A DNA stretch of 64,000 bases, from contig JAGLPS010000006.1 of NCBI GenBank assembly GCA_023137185.1, positions 683 through 64,682 on the forward strand. The letters run 5' to 3'. The position numbers and the translations under genes were made by a program. Positions 54,653 through 64,000 of this stretch are shown here, piece by piece; the stretch's first letter is position 1; the number at the start of each line of letters is the position of its first letter. Under the pieces are notes generated by a model that saw only the letters and a list, made by a program, of their open reading frames with translations, did no database searches and was not told where the DNA came from. This DNA comes from Minisyncoccota bacterium. GTDB lineage: Bacteria > Patescibacteriota > Minisyncoccia > Phycocordibacterales > JAGLPS01.

Positions 54653-55876
54653 CTAATAATAATTTCGCAAACGGTTGATTTTTTTGTGCTGGCGGATTTT
54701 TTCGTGTGCTTTTGCTTCGATTTGTCTAATACGCTCTCTAGTAACGCCAAACTCCTTTCCAACTTCTTCTAGTGTGTGCGTTACGCCATCTGAAAGTCCG
54801 TGCCGCATTTCAAGAATTCTGCGTTCTTTTTGCGGAAGTTGGTCTAAAATTTCTTGTACCTGATCGGCAACAATGCGACGGGAAGTTTCTTCTTCCGGAG
54901 AAAGGAGGTGGTCATCAGCCACAAAGTCTCCGAGAACGGATTTCCCTTCGTCCCCTTCGTCCCCTACCGGACTTTCAAGAGAAACAGTATTCTGGTCAAT
55001 TTTTTCAATATTATAAATTTTTTCAACGTCAAGGTTCATTTCAGTCGCAATTTCTTCCGGAAGCGGGTCGCGTCCCAACTCCTGTGAGAGTCTCCGTACC
55101 ACCTGTTTATACTTGGCGATAGTCTCAACCATATGAACCGGTACGCGAATTGTCCGCGATTGGTCGGCAAGCGCTCGTGTAATCGCCTGTCGAATCCACC
55201 ATGTCGCGTAAGTGCTAAATTTATATCCTTTTGTCCAGTCAAACTTGTCTACCGCTTTAAAAAGGCCGAGGTTTCCTTCCTGAATCAAATCAAGGAGTGT
55301 CAGGTCAGGACTGCGTCCGACATATTTTTTCGCGATTGAAACGACAAGACGAAGATTTGAACGCGCGAGCAAATTTTTCGCTTCTTCATCTCCTGCCTCA
55401 ATACGTTTCGCAAGTTCCTTCTCCTCGGAACCGGAAATGAGCGGATATTGCCCGATTTCTTTTAGATACATTTGAATAGAGTCAAAATTTCCACTGTCTT
55501 GTCCCGCCCCGTACTTTTTTGATTCAGTCTCCTTTTCAGAATCAAGAAGATTTCCCCCTTCAAGCACGTCAATACCAGTTGTATTGAGCTTGTCGTACAA
55601 TTCGTCGAGAAGACTAACATTATTCTCAACAGTCGGAAATTCTTTGAGAATTTCATCGTATGTTACAAAACCTCGCGCTCGCCCTTTAGCAATAATTAAA
55701 TTTACCTTCTCATCAAGAGAAAGTTTTTTTTCAAGAGTTTTAGCAGAAATTCGCACTACTTTTTTGCGTTTAATCACAGGACGAGTTTTTGTCCTCGACT
55801 GTTTTGATACGACGCTCTTTTTCACCTTTGAAGACTTACGCGCGATTTTTTTCTTTTTTTTCTTCTGTGTTGACAT
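54653..55876 (-). CDS. rpoD: RNA polymerase sigma factor (sigma-70 family, primary)
   Basis: 407 aa; regions 2.x ([22 protein letters not shown]), 3 and 4.2 HTH; basic N-terminus. Confidence 0.9.
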   Translation of the reverse strand: MSTQKKKKKKIARKSSKVKKSVVSKQSRTKTRPVIKRKKVVRISAKTLEKKLSLDEKVNLIIAKGRARGFVTYDEILKEFPTVENNVSLLDELYDKLNTTGIDVLEGGNLLDSEKETESKKYGAGQDSGNFDSIQMYLKEIGQYPLISGSEEKELAKRIEAGDEEAKNLLARSNLRLVVSIAKKYVGRSPDLTLLDLIQEGNLGLFKAVDKFDWTKGYKFSTYATWWIRQAITRALADQSRTIRVPVHMVETIAKYKQVVRRLSQELGRDPLPEEIATEMNLDVEKIYNIEKIDQNTVSLESPVGDEGDEGKSVLGDFVADDHLLSPEEETSRRIVADQVQEILDQLPQKERRILEMRHGLSDGVTHTLEEVGKEFGVTRERIRQIEAKAHEKIRQHKKINRLRNYY

Positions 55877-55921
55877 AATAAAAATTTATTTATACATAAT
55901 TAAATACTGCCTGCAAGCGAG

Positions 55922-57637
55922 TTACAATTCTCGTCCGAGAGCATCAATTGTCTTTCGGGTTTCAAAACATTTTTTAAGAATTTCTTGAAATACTTCCTCA
56001 TCATCCCCTTTTTCAGCTTCCTTGAGAAGACGTCCCAGATTTTCGTACTCGTTTTTTAAGAAATCATACAAAACGCGTGTCACGAGACAGTCAGCATCAC
56101 TCTTTTTTATTTTCCCTCCATCATATAACTCTGCGGTCTTGATAAGAAGTATCTCTTTCTTCTTGAGAGCTGTATCGTAAAGTTCTTCCCATTTTTTCTC
56201 TCCAAGGCTAGCAACAATTTTATCACGAATCTCTTCTGAAAGTTTTTTTGATGTTTCTTCTTCAAGAAGAAAATATGCGCCCATCAAAAAATCAGATGGG
56301 GAAAGGCGCAATTCTTTTACTGAAGGTTTTGTTTTCATTGAAAGCTCGTGGACTTTTGCTTTCTTTAAATCCTCCCACAACGCACTTTCTTTAATTCCAG
56401 TCTTATCGGAAATCTTTTGTATGAAATGTGACTGTTCAATCGCGCTGTGCAAAAGGCGAATGTACGGAAGCAGCTTGTTTTTAATGTCATTTCCGAGCGA
56501 GCGGGGTGAAGAAGAAGCCGCGACAATTTTCTCTAGATAAAAATCAATTAGGTGCTGCGAGTTTTTAAGCGCTTCAATCCATTCTTGAGAATTCTTTCGG
56601 ATAAGGTCAGCGGGATCGTTTCCGCTTGGAAGAGAAGCCACTTTTATTTCCATCCCGAGAGAGAGCGCAAGGTCAGCACCGCGAAGTGAAGCAGACACGC
56701 CAGCATTATCAGGGTCAAATGCCATAATAATCCGATTCGAAACCTTCTGAAGAATTTTGAGGTGATTGGTAGTAAGCGCTGTCCCCGATGTCGCGACCGT
56801 GTTTGTTACCCCTACCTGATGTGATAAACAAAGATCCATTTGCCCTTCTACAAGAACAGCGAAATTCATTTTCCGAATAGCTGTTTTGGCAATGTTAAGA
56901 CCATAAAGAGTTTCTGATTTGTTGAAAAACAAACTGTCTGGACTGTTAAGATACTTGGGTCCCTTATTATCTGTATGTAACACCCTTCCAGAAAAGGCAA
57001 TTATTCTTCCGGCGGTATCTTTAATCGGAAAGATTATTCTATCGCGAAATGTATCATAGAAGTTTTCTTCCCCACTTCGCTGAACTGAGACAGACTCCCC
57101 TTTTTTTATGAGCCCCACTCGCGCGATTTCCGCAGTCGTATATTTCTTTGCAAGAAGAAATTCATAGAGATTTCGCCACGCATCTGGCGCATATCCAATA
57201 CGAAAAAGACGAACTGTTCCCATCTGTACTCCTCTGTTTTCAATATACTTCTGCGCTTCCGTGGATGAGTTAAAGTTTTTTTCAAAAAATCGCACCGCTT
57301 CTTCAAGCACAACATATAAACGGTCGCGCTCAGAGCGTTTCTCCTGTGATTCATACACAAGCGGCACACCAGCGCGCTCCGCGAGAATCTTCAACGCTCC
57401 TTCAAAATCCACACCGTCCATTTCCTGCACAAAAGTAAAAATGTCACCACCCCTTCCTGATGAGAAACAGTAGAAAAGACCTTTTTCGGGAGAAACAAAA
57501 AACGACGGAGTTTTTTCACTCGTAAAAGGCGAGATCCCTTTGTAGTGCCGTCCCGCTTTTTGCAGTTTGACGTAGGAGCCAATAACCTCCACGATATCAA
57601 GCCGCTCTTTTATTTTGTCTACTGTGGAAGAGGGCAT
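55922..57637 (-). CDS. dnaG: DNA primase
   Basis: 571 aa; zinc-binding-domain remnant (SPFTSEKTPSF...FYCFSSGRGGD), Toprim (EGQMD, DPDNAG); dnaG-rpoD gene order. Confidence 0.85.
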   Translation of the reverse strand: MPSSTVDKIKERLDIVEVIGSYVKLQKAGRHYKGISPFTSEKTPSFFVSPEKGLFYCFSSGRGGDIFTFVQEMDGVDFEGALKILAERAGVPLVYESQEKRSERDRLYVVLEEAVRFFEKNFNSSTEAQKYIENRGVQMGTVRLFRIGYAPDAWRNLYEFLLAKKYTTAEIARVGLIKKGESVSVQRSGEENFYDTFRDRIIFPIKDTAGRIIAFSGRVLHTDNKGPKYLNSPDSLFFNKSETLYGLNIAKTAIRKMNFAVLVEGQMDLCLSHQVGVTNTVATSGTALTTNHLKILQKVSNRIIMAFDPDNAGVSASLRGADLALSLGMEIKVASLPSGNDPADLIRKNSQEWIEALKNSQHLIDFYLEKIVAASSSPRSLGNDIKNKLLPYIRLLHSAIEQSHFIQKISDKTGIKESALWEDLKKAKVHELSMKTKPSVKELRLSPSDFLMGAYFLLEEETSKKLSEEIRDKIVASLGEKKWEELYDTALKKKEILLIKTAELYDGGKIKKSDADCLVTRVLYDFLKNEYENLGRLLKEAEKGDDEEVFQEILKKCFETRKTIDALGREL

Positions 57638-57796
57638 TTTATCCGCTTACCCGCCAAAATTTTTAAGAAAGGATTTAAACGGGCAAGAATTTTTAGGATT
57701 CAGGAAACTATATAGCGTCCTTTGTGATTAATTTCGACTCTATCTTGTTTTTAGCCGTTGCTCTTAAGCAAACAGACTGGTTCTCTTCTTGGAAAA

Positions 57797-60700
57797 TTAT
57801 TTCTCTTCGGCAAAGGGTTTTGCGTTAAAATTACTCTGCAATTGATGAATCTTTTCAGCCTTCGGACTTCCTTCTATACCAGTTCCGGCTGGAATAAGCC
57901 GCCCAATAATGACATTTTCCATAAGACCCACAAGTTCATCCTCTTTCCCTCGTATTGCCGAATCAATAAGCACCCGTGTTGTATGCTGAAATGAAGCCGC
58001 CGCGAGAAAACTTTTCTTTGAAAGCGAAACTTCAGTAATTCCCATTACCACAGGTACAGTTTTTGCCTCTGGTTCTCCCACCTCTTTGGCTTTTTCGTTT
58101 TCTCGAAAAAGCACAAATGTATCTACAATGTCCCCCGCTGAAAGCGCAGTGCCCCCCGCGTTCTTTACTTTGCGCCGCGAAAACATTTGACGAATAATCA
58201 CTTCGATATGCTTTCGGGACACGCTTTCTCCCTGTAATTCATACGGTTTGTTGATTTCGCGAATAATATAGCGTTCCGCTGCTTCCCTTCCGCCATAACG
58301 GAACAACTCCTCTATCATAGCTGAACCGTCGGTGAGCAATTCTCCTTTTTTCACAACTTGCCCTGATTTTACTAAAATCATTCGGTGACGGTTAACTAAA
58401 TATTCGACTTCGCTTTCTTTCTTCCCCTTGCTTCCACCTTCAGGCAATATGACAATTATTCTGTCTTTACCAGTTTCTTTGATTTCAGACACAACTCCGT
58501 CAAGACGGCATATAACAGCAGGATTTTTCGGTTTGCGTTTTTCAAATACCTCTTCAACACGCGGGAGACCAGCGGTAATATCTCCGCCAACTGACGCGGT
58601 ACCCCCCGCATGGAATGTTCTCATAGTAAGCTGTGTTCCTGGTTCACCAATAGCTTGAGCTGCAATTGTCCCAATCGCTTCACCAATTGCAATCGGTTTG
58701 TTATTCCCAAGGTCAGCTCCATAACATTTAACGCAGACGCCCTGAAGACTCTTGCAAGTCAGAGGCGAGCGAACACGCACAGATGTAATTCCGGCAGTTT
58801 CAATCGTCTGGGCTTCGTTTTTTGTTAAGTAGTGATCGCATTTGAAAAGTATTTCTCCTTTTTCACTTTTCACGTCTTCGGCAAGAAAACGCCCTTTAAT
58901 ACTTCCAACAATTGAAAGATCCATTCCCGATGCCGTTTCTTTTTCAACCAAAACTCCTTCTTTGGTACCACAATTTTCCTCCGTTACAATAACGTCTTGG
59001 GCAACAACAAAGAGTTTACGTGTTAAATATCCAGCTTTTGCGGTGTTGAGCGCGGTATCGGTCAAACCTTTTCGTGAACCGTGCGTCGTAATGAAATATT
59101 CAATTGAAGTAAGACCTTCCAAAATTGAAGAGACAATCGGGAAATCAATCGTTTCCCCCGCGGTATTCTGAATAAGACCTTTCATACCCGCCATTTGGGT
59201 AAAGTTTCCAAGTGAACCACGAGCGCCAGATTTCCACATATCGTAAACCGAGCTTCCTTTTTCAAGTGTTTCGGGAATAAGATTCTCAATTTCATTTTTT
59301 GTTCCGTGCCAAATTTCAATGTCTTTGCGAAAACGCTCGTCTTTTGAAATAAGACCCATTTTGTACTGCCCAAGTATTTCTTCTGTTTTTATTTTGGCTT
59401 TAGCGACAATTTCTTTTTTTTGTTCTGGGACACGGATATCATCAATTCCCCATGTAAAACCGGCATAGGTCGCATACTTAAATCCAAAAGATTTAATCTT
59501 GTCCATTATGGATGGAATGTTTTCAATACCACAATGTTCAATAAGGCTATCTACAAGCGCAGCCATTTTCTTTCTTTCGATCTCCTCGTTGATATATTGA
59601 TAATCAGATGGCAATACGGTATTAAAGAGAAGCCGTCCAACAGTAGTTTCGAATATCTTTCCCTCAAAAGCTTTGTACTTAGCTTTTTCAGTCGGAAGCA
59701 CTTTTATCGGGGTACGGAAACCTATTTCACCAAAGTTATAAGCTGTAATAGCGCTATTTGGACTTGAGAAATATTTGCCTTCTCCTTTTTCGCCAGAAAT
59801 TTTTGTTGTCATCCAATAACAGCCGAGTACAATATCAAGCATTTTTGCCGAAACAATCGGATTTCCGCTTCCAGGTTTCAGAATGTTTTTGTTGGACGCC
59901 ATAATTTCACGCGCCTCCATTTGGGCTTCTTCCGAGAGGGGCACATGAACCGCCATCTGGTCTCCATCGAAGTCGGCGTTGAAGGCGGTACAAACAAGCG
60001 GGTGAACCTGAATAGCGTTACCTTCAATCAAAACCGGTCTAAACGCCTGAATTGAAAGGCGATGAAGAGTCGGCGCGCGGTTCAAAAGCACATGTCTGTC
60101 TTTTATAACATCTTCAAGAATTGCCCACACTTCCGGAATTCCTTCTTCAATAAGACGATTTGCCCCACGAATGTTATATGCGAGTTCCTGGTCAAGAAGC
60201 TTTGAGATTACAAATGGCTTGAACAATTCAAGCGCCATATGCTTGGGTAAACCGCACTCATCCATTTTAAGTTCTGGTCCGACAACAATTACTGAACGCC
60301 CAGAGTAATCCACGCGCTTACCTAAAAGATTTTGTCGAAACAAACCACGTTTACTTTTGAGATTGTCGGCAAGCGATTTGAGAGGGCGGCGTTGTGCTTG
60401 ATTAACCGCGGAAGATGTAGAGCCATGACGAATCGAGTTATCTAAAAGCGCGTCAACTGCTTCCTGTAGAATTCTTTTTTCGTTTCGAAGGATAACGTCC
60501 GGCGCGTTAATGTCCTTGAGTTTTTTCAGGCGATTGTTCCGGTTAATGACACGTCGATAGAGATCGTTCACGTCAGAGGTCGCGTATCGTCCCCCATCCA
60601 ATGGAACCATTGGACGAAGTGCTGGAGGAATAACAGGAATCGTCGTCAAAAACATCCATTCCGGACGCACACAAGCTTTTATCATCGAATGAATGAGAGA

Positions 60701-61465
60701 GAGACGTCTGTTGAGGCGGTCTATCTCTCCTGGCCCTGTTTTTGCGAGAACTTGTTCAAGTTTCTCAGCAAGTATTTCAAGATTAAGATTTTTAAAAATA
60801 TTATAAATTGCCTCGGCTCCGATTCCCGCCTCAAACAATGTTCCATAACGAAGCGAGTACGCGTGATAGGCGACTTCATCCAAAACCTTTCCTTCCTTAA
60901 TCCCCTCTATCTCTTTCTTCGCATTCACAAGACGTTCTTTAAGCTGCTCTTTTGCCTTTGCGTCGGGAAGCGTCTTTATTTTTGCCTTGTATTCCGAATC
61001 GAGGTCCCTAAGAATTCGCTCTTTCTCATCAGGAAACATCTTCGTCACAATATAACCAGCAAAGTAAACCACTTTTTCAATATCAGGAGCTGAAATACCA
61101 AGCAAGAGAGAAATGCGCGAAGGTATGCCTTTGAGAAACCAAACGTGGGAAACAGGACTTGCAAGCTCAATATGTCCCATTCGCTCACGACGAACAATTG
61201 AGCGCGTAATTTCAACACCACATTTCTCGCACACTATTCCTTTGTAGCGAATACCTCGATATTTTCCACAGTAACACTCATAATCTTTATCTGGACCAAA
61301 AATACGCTCATCAAAGAGACCGTTCTTTTCACTCCGCTGTGTACGGTAGTTGATAGTCTCCGGTTTTGTGATTTCTCCGTGAGACCATTCGCGAATTTTG
61401 TCGGGTGAGGCAAGGGCTAGTGTGATAGTGTCAAAATTATTCAAGTTTATTGATGATTTTTTCAT
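57797..61465 (-). CDS. rpoC: DNA-directed RNA polymerase subunit beta'
   Basis: 1222 aa; zinc finger CGKYRG..C..CGVE, NADFDGD catalytic motif. Confidence 0.95.
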   Translation of the reverse strand: MKKSSINLNNFDTITLALASPDKIREWSHGEITKPETINYRTQRSEKNGLFDERIFGPDKDYECYCGKYRGIRYKGIVCEKCGVEITRSIVRRERMGHIELASPVSHVWFLKGIPSRISLLLGISAPDIEKVVYFAGYIVTKMFPDEKERILRDLDSEYKAKIKTLPDAKAKEQLKERLVNAKKEIEGIKEGKVLDEVAYHAYSLRYGTLFEAGIGAEAIYNIFKNLNLEILAEKLEQVLAKTGPGEIDRLNRRLSLIHSMIKACVRPEWMFLTTIPVIPPALRPMVPLDGGRYATSDVNDLYRRVINRNNRLKKLKDINAPDVILRNEKRILQEAVDALLDNSIRHGSTSSAVNQAQRRPLKSLADNLKSKRGLFRQNLLGKRVDYSGRSVIVVGPELKMDECGLPKHMALELFKPFVISKLLDQELAYNIRGANRLIEEGIPEVWAILEDVIKDRHVLLNRAPTLHRLSIQAFRPVLIEGNAIQVHPLVCTAFNADFDGDQMAVHVPLSEEAQMEAREIMASNKNILKPGSGNPIVSAKMLDIVLGCYWMTTKISGEKGEGKYFSSPNSAITAYNFGEIGFRTPIKVLPTEKAKYKAFEGKIFETTVGRLLFNTVLPSDYQYINEEIERKKMAALVDSLIEHCGIENIPSIMDKIKSFGFKYATYAGFTWGIDDIRVPEQKKEIVAKAKIKTEEILGQYKMGLISKDERFRKDIEIWHGTKNEIENLIPETLEKGSSVYDMWKSGARGSLGNFTQMAGMKGLIQNTAGETIDFPIVSSILEGLTSIEYFITTHGSRKGLTDTALNTAKAGYLTRKLFVVAQDVIVTEENCGTKEGVLVEKETASGMDLSIVGSIKGRFLAEDVKSEKGEILFKCDHYLTKNEAQTIETAGITSVRVRSPLTCKSLQGVCVKCYGADLGNNKPIAIGEAIGTIAAQAIGEPGTQLTMRTFHAGGTASVGGDITAGLPRVEEVFEKRKPKNPAVICRLDGVVSEIKETGKDRIIVILPEGGSKGKKESEVEYLVNRHRMILVKSGQVVKKGELLTDGSAMIEELFRYGGREAAERYIIREINKPYELQGESVSRKHIEVIIRQMFSRRKVKNAGGTALSAGDIVDTFVLFRENEKAKEVGEPEAKTVPVVMGITEVSLSKKSFLAAASFQHTTRVLIDSAIRGKEDELVGLMENVIIGRLIPAGTGIEGSPKAEKIHQLQSNFNAKPFAEEK

Positions 61466-61487
61466 AGTAGTGTGGTAGTGATGTTAT

Positions 61488-64000
61488 TTATTTGCTTTCT
61501 CCTTCTTCTTCTCTCTCGACCTTTTTCTGCTCAAGACGAACATCAAGCGCAAGACCTCGTAAATTATGGAGAAGCACATTAAATGATGCTGGTGTATTTA
61601 AGGACGTAATTCGCTCCCCCTTCACAATTGCGTCAAACGCTGCGGCTCTACCCACAATATCGTCAGACTTGATGGTGAGCATTTCCCGCAGAGTATATGA
61701 GGCGCCATAACCAAGAAGCGCCCAAACCTCCATTTCTCCAAAACGCTGCCCTCCTCCTTGCGCTTTTCCACCCAAAGGCTGTTGAGTAATAAGAGAATAT
61801 GGTCCAATCGAGCGCATATGAATTTTGTCTTCTACCATATGGTGGAGTTTCAGTATATACATATACCCGATGGCAATTTTCTGCTCAAACGGCATTCCAG
61901 TCTGTCCGTCAAAGAGTGTTGTTTTTCCGTTTTCTTGATACCCCGCTTTCTGTAACTCTTCTTTAATCTCGTCTACCGATGCGCCAGCAAAAGGAGGAAC
62001 AATTGCCTGATAGTTAAGTGTGTTTGCGGCAAGTCCGAGGTGCATTTCAAGAATCTGACCCAAGTTCATACGCGACGGCACTCCAAGAGGAGTCAAAATC
62101 ACATCAATCGGCGTTCCATCCGGCATATACGGCATATCTTCTTCTGGAAGAATTTTTGAAATAACACCTTTGTTTCCGTGTCGTCCAGCAAGTTTGTCTC
62201 CTACTGACACATTACGCAACTGAGCAACCTCAATATGAATTCTTTTTATGATTCCTGACTCCAACTTATCGCCATTTTCTCGGGAAAATACCTGCACACG
62301 AATAACACGTCCTTGTTTTCCCCCTTCCATTCTCATTGAGGTGTCTTTAACATCGCGAGCTTTTTCTCCAAAGAGTGATCGAAGAAGCCTTTCTTCAGGT
62401 GTAAGCTGTGTTTCACCTTTCGGCGTAATTTTTCCAACAAGGATGTCTCCCGGCCTGACTTCAGCTCCAACACGAATAACTCCATCTTCCGACAGATTTT
62501 TAAGTTTTCCTTCACCAACATTTGGAATATCACAAGTCGTAACCTCTGGTCCAAGTTTAGTGTCGCGAACATTCACCACAAACTCCTCAAGATGGACACT
62601 TGCGAATTTGTTGTTTCGTACAAGCCGTTCTGAAATAATTACGGCGTCTTCGTAGTTTGCTCCAGACCATGACATAAAGGCAACCAGAACATTCTGTCCC
62701 AACGCAAGCTGTCCGCGGTCTGACGTAGAGGTGTCCGCAATCACATCTCCTTTCTTCACCTTCTGTCTTAGAGCAACACTCGGGCGTTGGTGGAACGCAG
62801 TAAAGCCGTTTGTTCGGGAGAAATGAACCAATTTGTGTTCTTTTTCTTTTCCTTTTGCATTTTTGACAACTATCCTGCACCCGTCAACATATTCGACTGT
62901 ACCATCTTCTTCCGCTGTAATAATTCGTCCAGTATCAATTACTGCCCGCTCTTCCACTCCAGTAGCAACAAGCGGCGCTTCAGGGATGATGCAGGGCGTT
63001 GCCTGCTTCTGCATATTTGAACCCATAAGCGCCCGGTTCGCGTCATCATGTTCCAAGAATGGAATACAAGATGTTGCGACAGAAAAAGCTTGGTTAGTGG
63101 CAACATCAACAAAGGCAACCTTGTCGCGAGGCGAAATGTCGGGACGTCCTTTATATCGTACCTCTACATTCTCTTCAATCAGTCTGTCGTTTTCATCAAA
63201 CTTGGCAGCAGCGTGAACAATCGGATATTGCTCTTCTTCTAATGCATTCAAATAAACTATTTCTCCAGTAATTCTTCCTTTTTCCACTTTTACGTATGGT
63301 GTTTCAATCATTCCAAATTGGTCAATCCGCGCATACATAGAAAGACGTAAGATAAGGCCAATGTTTGGACCTTCTGGCGTGTGAATCGGACAAAGTCTCC
63401 CGTAGTGAGAAGGGTGTACGTCACGAACTTCAAAACCAGCGCGAGCTCGAGAGAGCCCCCCAGGTCCCAAGGCAGAGAGTGTTCGTAAGTGTTCAATTTC
63501 AGTCAGTGCGTTTTCCTGTTGCATAAACTGCGAGAGCTGGTTTGTAGTGAAAAATTCTTTAATTCTCGCCTGCAAAGGTTTCGGGCTGATAAACTGCACT
63601 GGAAGTGTTACGTCCGTTTCAATCGTGGACATTCTGTTCTGGATATTTCGCTTTATCTGCGACATACCTACACGAATCTTCTGCTGCATCAACTCCCCAA
63701 CATATCGCACACGACGACTTCCAAGGTGGTCAATATCGTCAGACTGGCTCCCTGGAGTTTGATTTAATGTTGCAATGTGATTGATGATAGTCACGAGGTC
63801 ATTTGAAGAAATCGTTTTATTATTCATTGCCTTTTCGTCAACAGACCTATCGAATCTTTTGTTGAATCTAAATCTTCCGACACGGGAAAGGTCATATCGC
63901 TCCGCGGAAAAAATTCCATTAATGAATTCCCTTGCGTTATCGGCAGTCGCCAAGTCCCCGTCACGAAGACGTTTATGCATATCAATATATGCTTCCTGCA
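61488..64000 (-). CDS. rpoB: DNA-directed RNA polymerase subunit beta (5'-truncated by the window edge)
   Basis: 830+ aa C-terminal portion with conserved rpoB blocks; the ORF continues past position 64000. Confidence 0.95.
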   Translation of the reverse strand, partial: QEAYIDMHKRLRDGDLATADNAREFINGIFSAERYDLSRVGRFRFNKRFDRSVDEKAMNNKTISSNDLVTIINHIATLNQTPGSQSDDIDHLGSRRVRYVGELMQQKIRVGMSQIKRNIQNRMSTIETDVTLPVQFISPKPLQARIKEFFTTNQLSQFMQQENALTEIEHLRTLSALGPGGLSRARAGFEVRDVHPSHYGRLCPIHTPEGPNIGLILRLSMYARIDQFGMIETPYVKVEKGRITGEIVYLNALEEEQYPIVHAAAKFDENDRLIEENVEVRYKGRPDISPRDKVAFVDVATNQAFSVATSCIPFLEHDDANRALMGSNMQKQATPCIIPEAPLVATGVEERAVIDTGRIITAEEDGTVEYVDGCRIVVKNAKGKEKEHKLVHFSRTNGFTAFHQRPSVALRQKVKKGDVIADTSTSDRGQLALGQNVLVAFMSWSGANYEDAVIISERLVRNNKFASVHLEEFVVNVRDTKLGPEVTTCDIPNVGEGKLKNLSEDGVIRVGAEVRPGDILVGKITPKGETQLTPEERLLRSLFGEKARDVKDTSMRMEGGKQGRVIRVQVFSRENGDKLESGIIKRIHIEVAQLRNVSVGDKLAGRHGNKGVISKILPEEDMPYMPDGTPIDVILTPLGVPSRMNLGQILEMHLGLAANTLNYQAIVPPFAGASVDEIKEELQKAGYQENGKTTLFDGQTGMPFEQKIAIGYMYILKLHHMVEDKIHMRSIGPYSLITQQPLGGKAQGGGQRFGEMEVWALLGYGASYTLREMLTIKSDDIVGRAAAFDAIVKGERITSLNTPASFNVLLHNLRGLALDVRLEQKKVEREEEGESK

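Noticed and set aside
57797-63980. Numerous 60-130-aa ORFs on both strands inside rpoB/rpoC, dnaG, rpoD, the helicase and other large genes
   Set aside because: They are nested in or antisense to long, well-supported genes, so they are spurious.

Overview
This is an AT-rich window with small genes, little intergenic space and many short palindromic repeat families. It is consistent with a reduced-genome bacterium (inference; it resembles Patescibacteria/CPR, but I cannot confirm this from sequence alone).

Housekeeping genes dominate both ends. The left end carries the B12-dependent class II ribonucleotide reductase nrdJ with a PduO-type cobalamin adenosyltransferase, a YbhB/PEBP-family protein and a DUF167 protein, then pyrE, a VanY-type peptidase, a YibE/F membrane protein, YjbQ, a Csp, an Nramp-like transporter and an AhpD-like protein. 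The right end carries an S8 protease, a glycosidase, yvcK, an aldolase, rpmG, eno, an RRM protein, hisS, a GIY-YIG protein, a DEDDh exonuclease, uppP, a DsbA-like protein, a UvrD-helicase/nuclease, rpoD, dnaG, rpoC and a partial rpoB.

The centre (about 14.6 to 36.2 kb) is an accessory/defence island next to tRNA-Asn. It holds a zeta-toxin-like kinase and a NYN nuclease that share a duplicated leaderless promoter with a long palindrome. It also holds a Type I RM locus whose hsdM and hsdS are separated by three gene cassettes, each bounded by about 110-bp junction repeats encoding chimeric 41–43-aa mini-ORFs (hsdS N-terminus fused to hsdM C-terminus). The cassettes carry a DUF4145 zinc-finger protein with a TM protein, a small PD-(D/E)xK-like protein with a ThsB-like TIR protein and a 2-TM protein, and an OLD-family ABC-ATPase/Toprim nuclease. 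Upstream of hsdM are nested gene-end duplications, a DUF4143 AAA ATPase, an orphan B12-binding radical SAM gene, and a repeat-bounded segment encoding secreted and membrane proteins.

Other notable features: two inverted copies of a roughly 180–290-nt structured element with riboswitch-like motifs, a GC-rich structured region 3' of pyrE, and a three-member paralogous repeat-protein family in which one copy is frameshifted. No rRNA genes or CRISPR arrays were seen.
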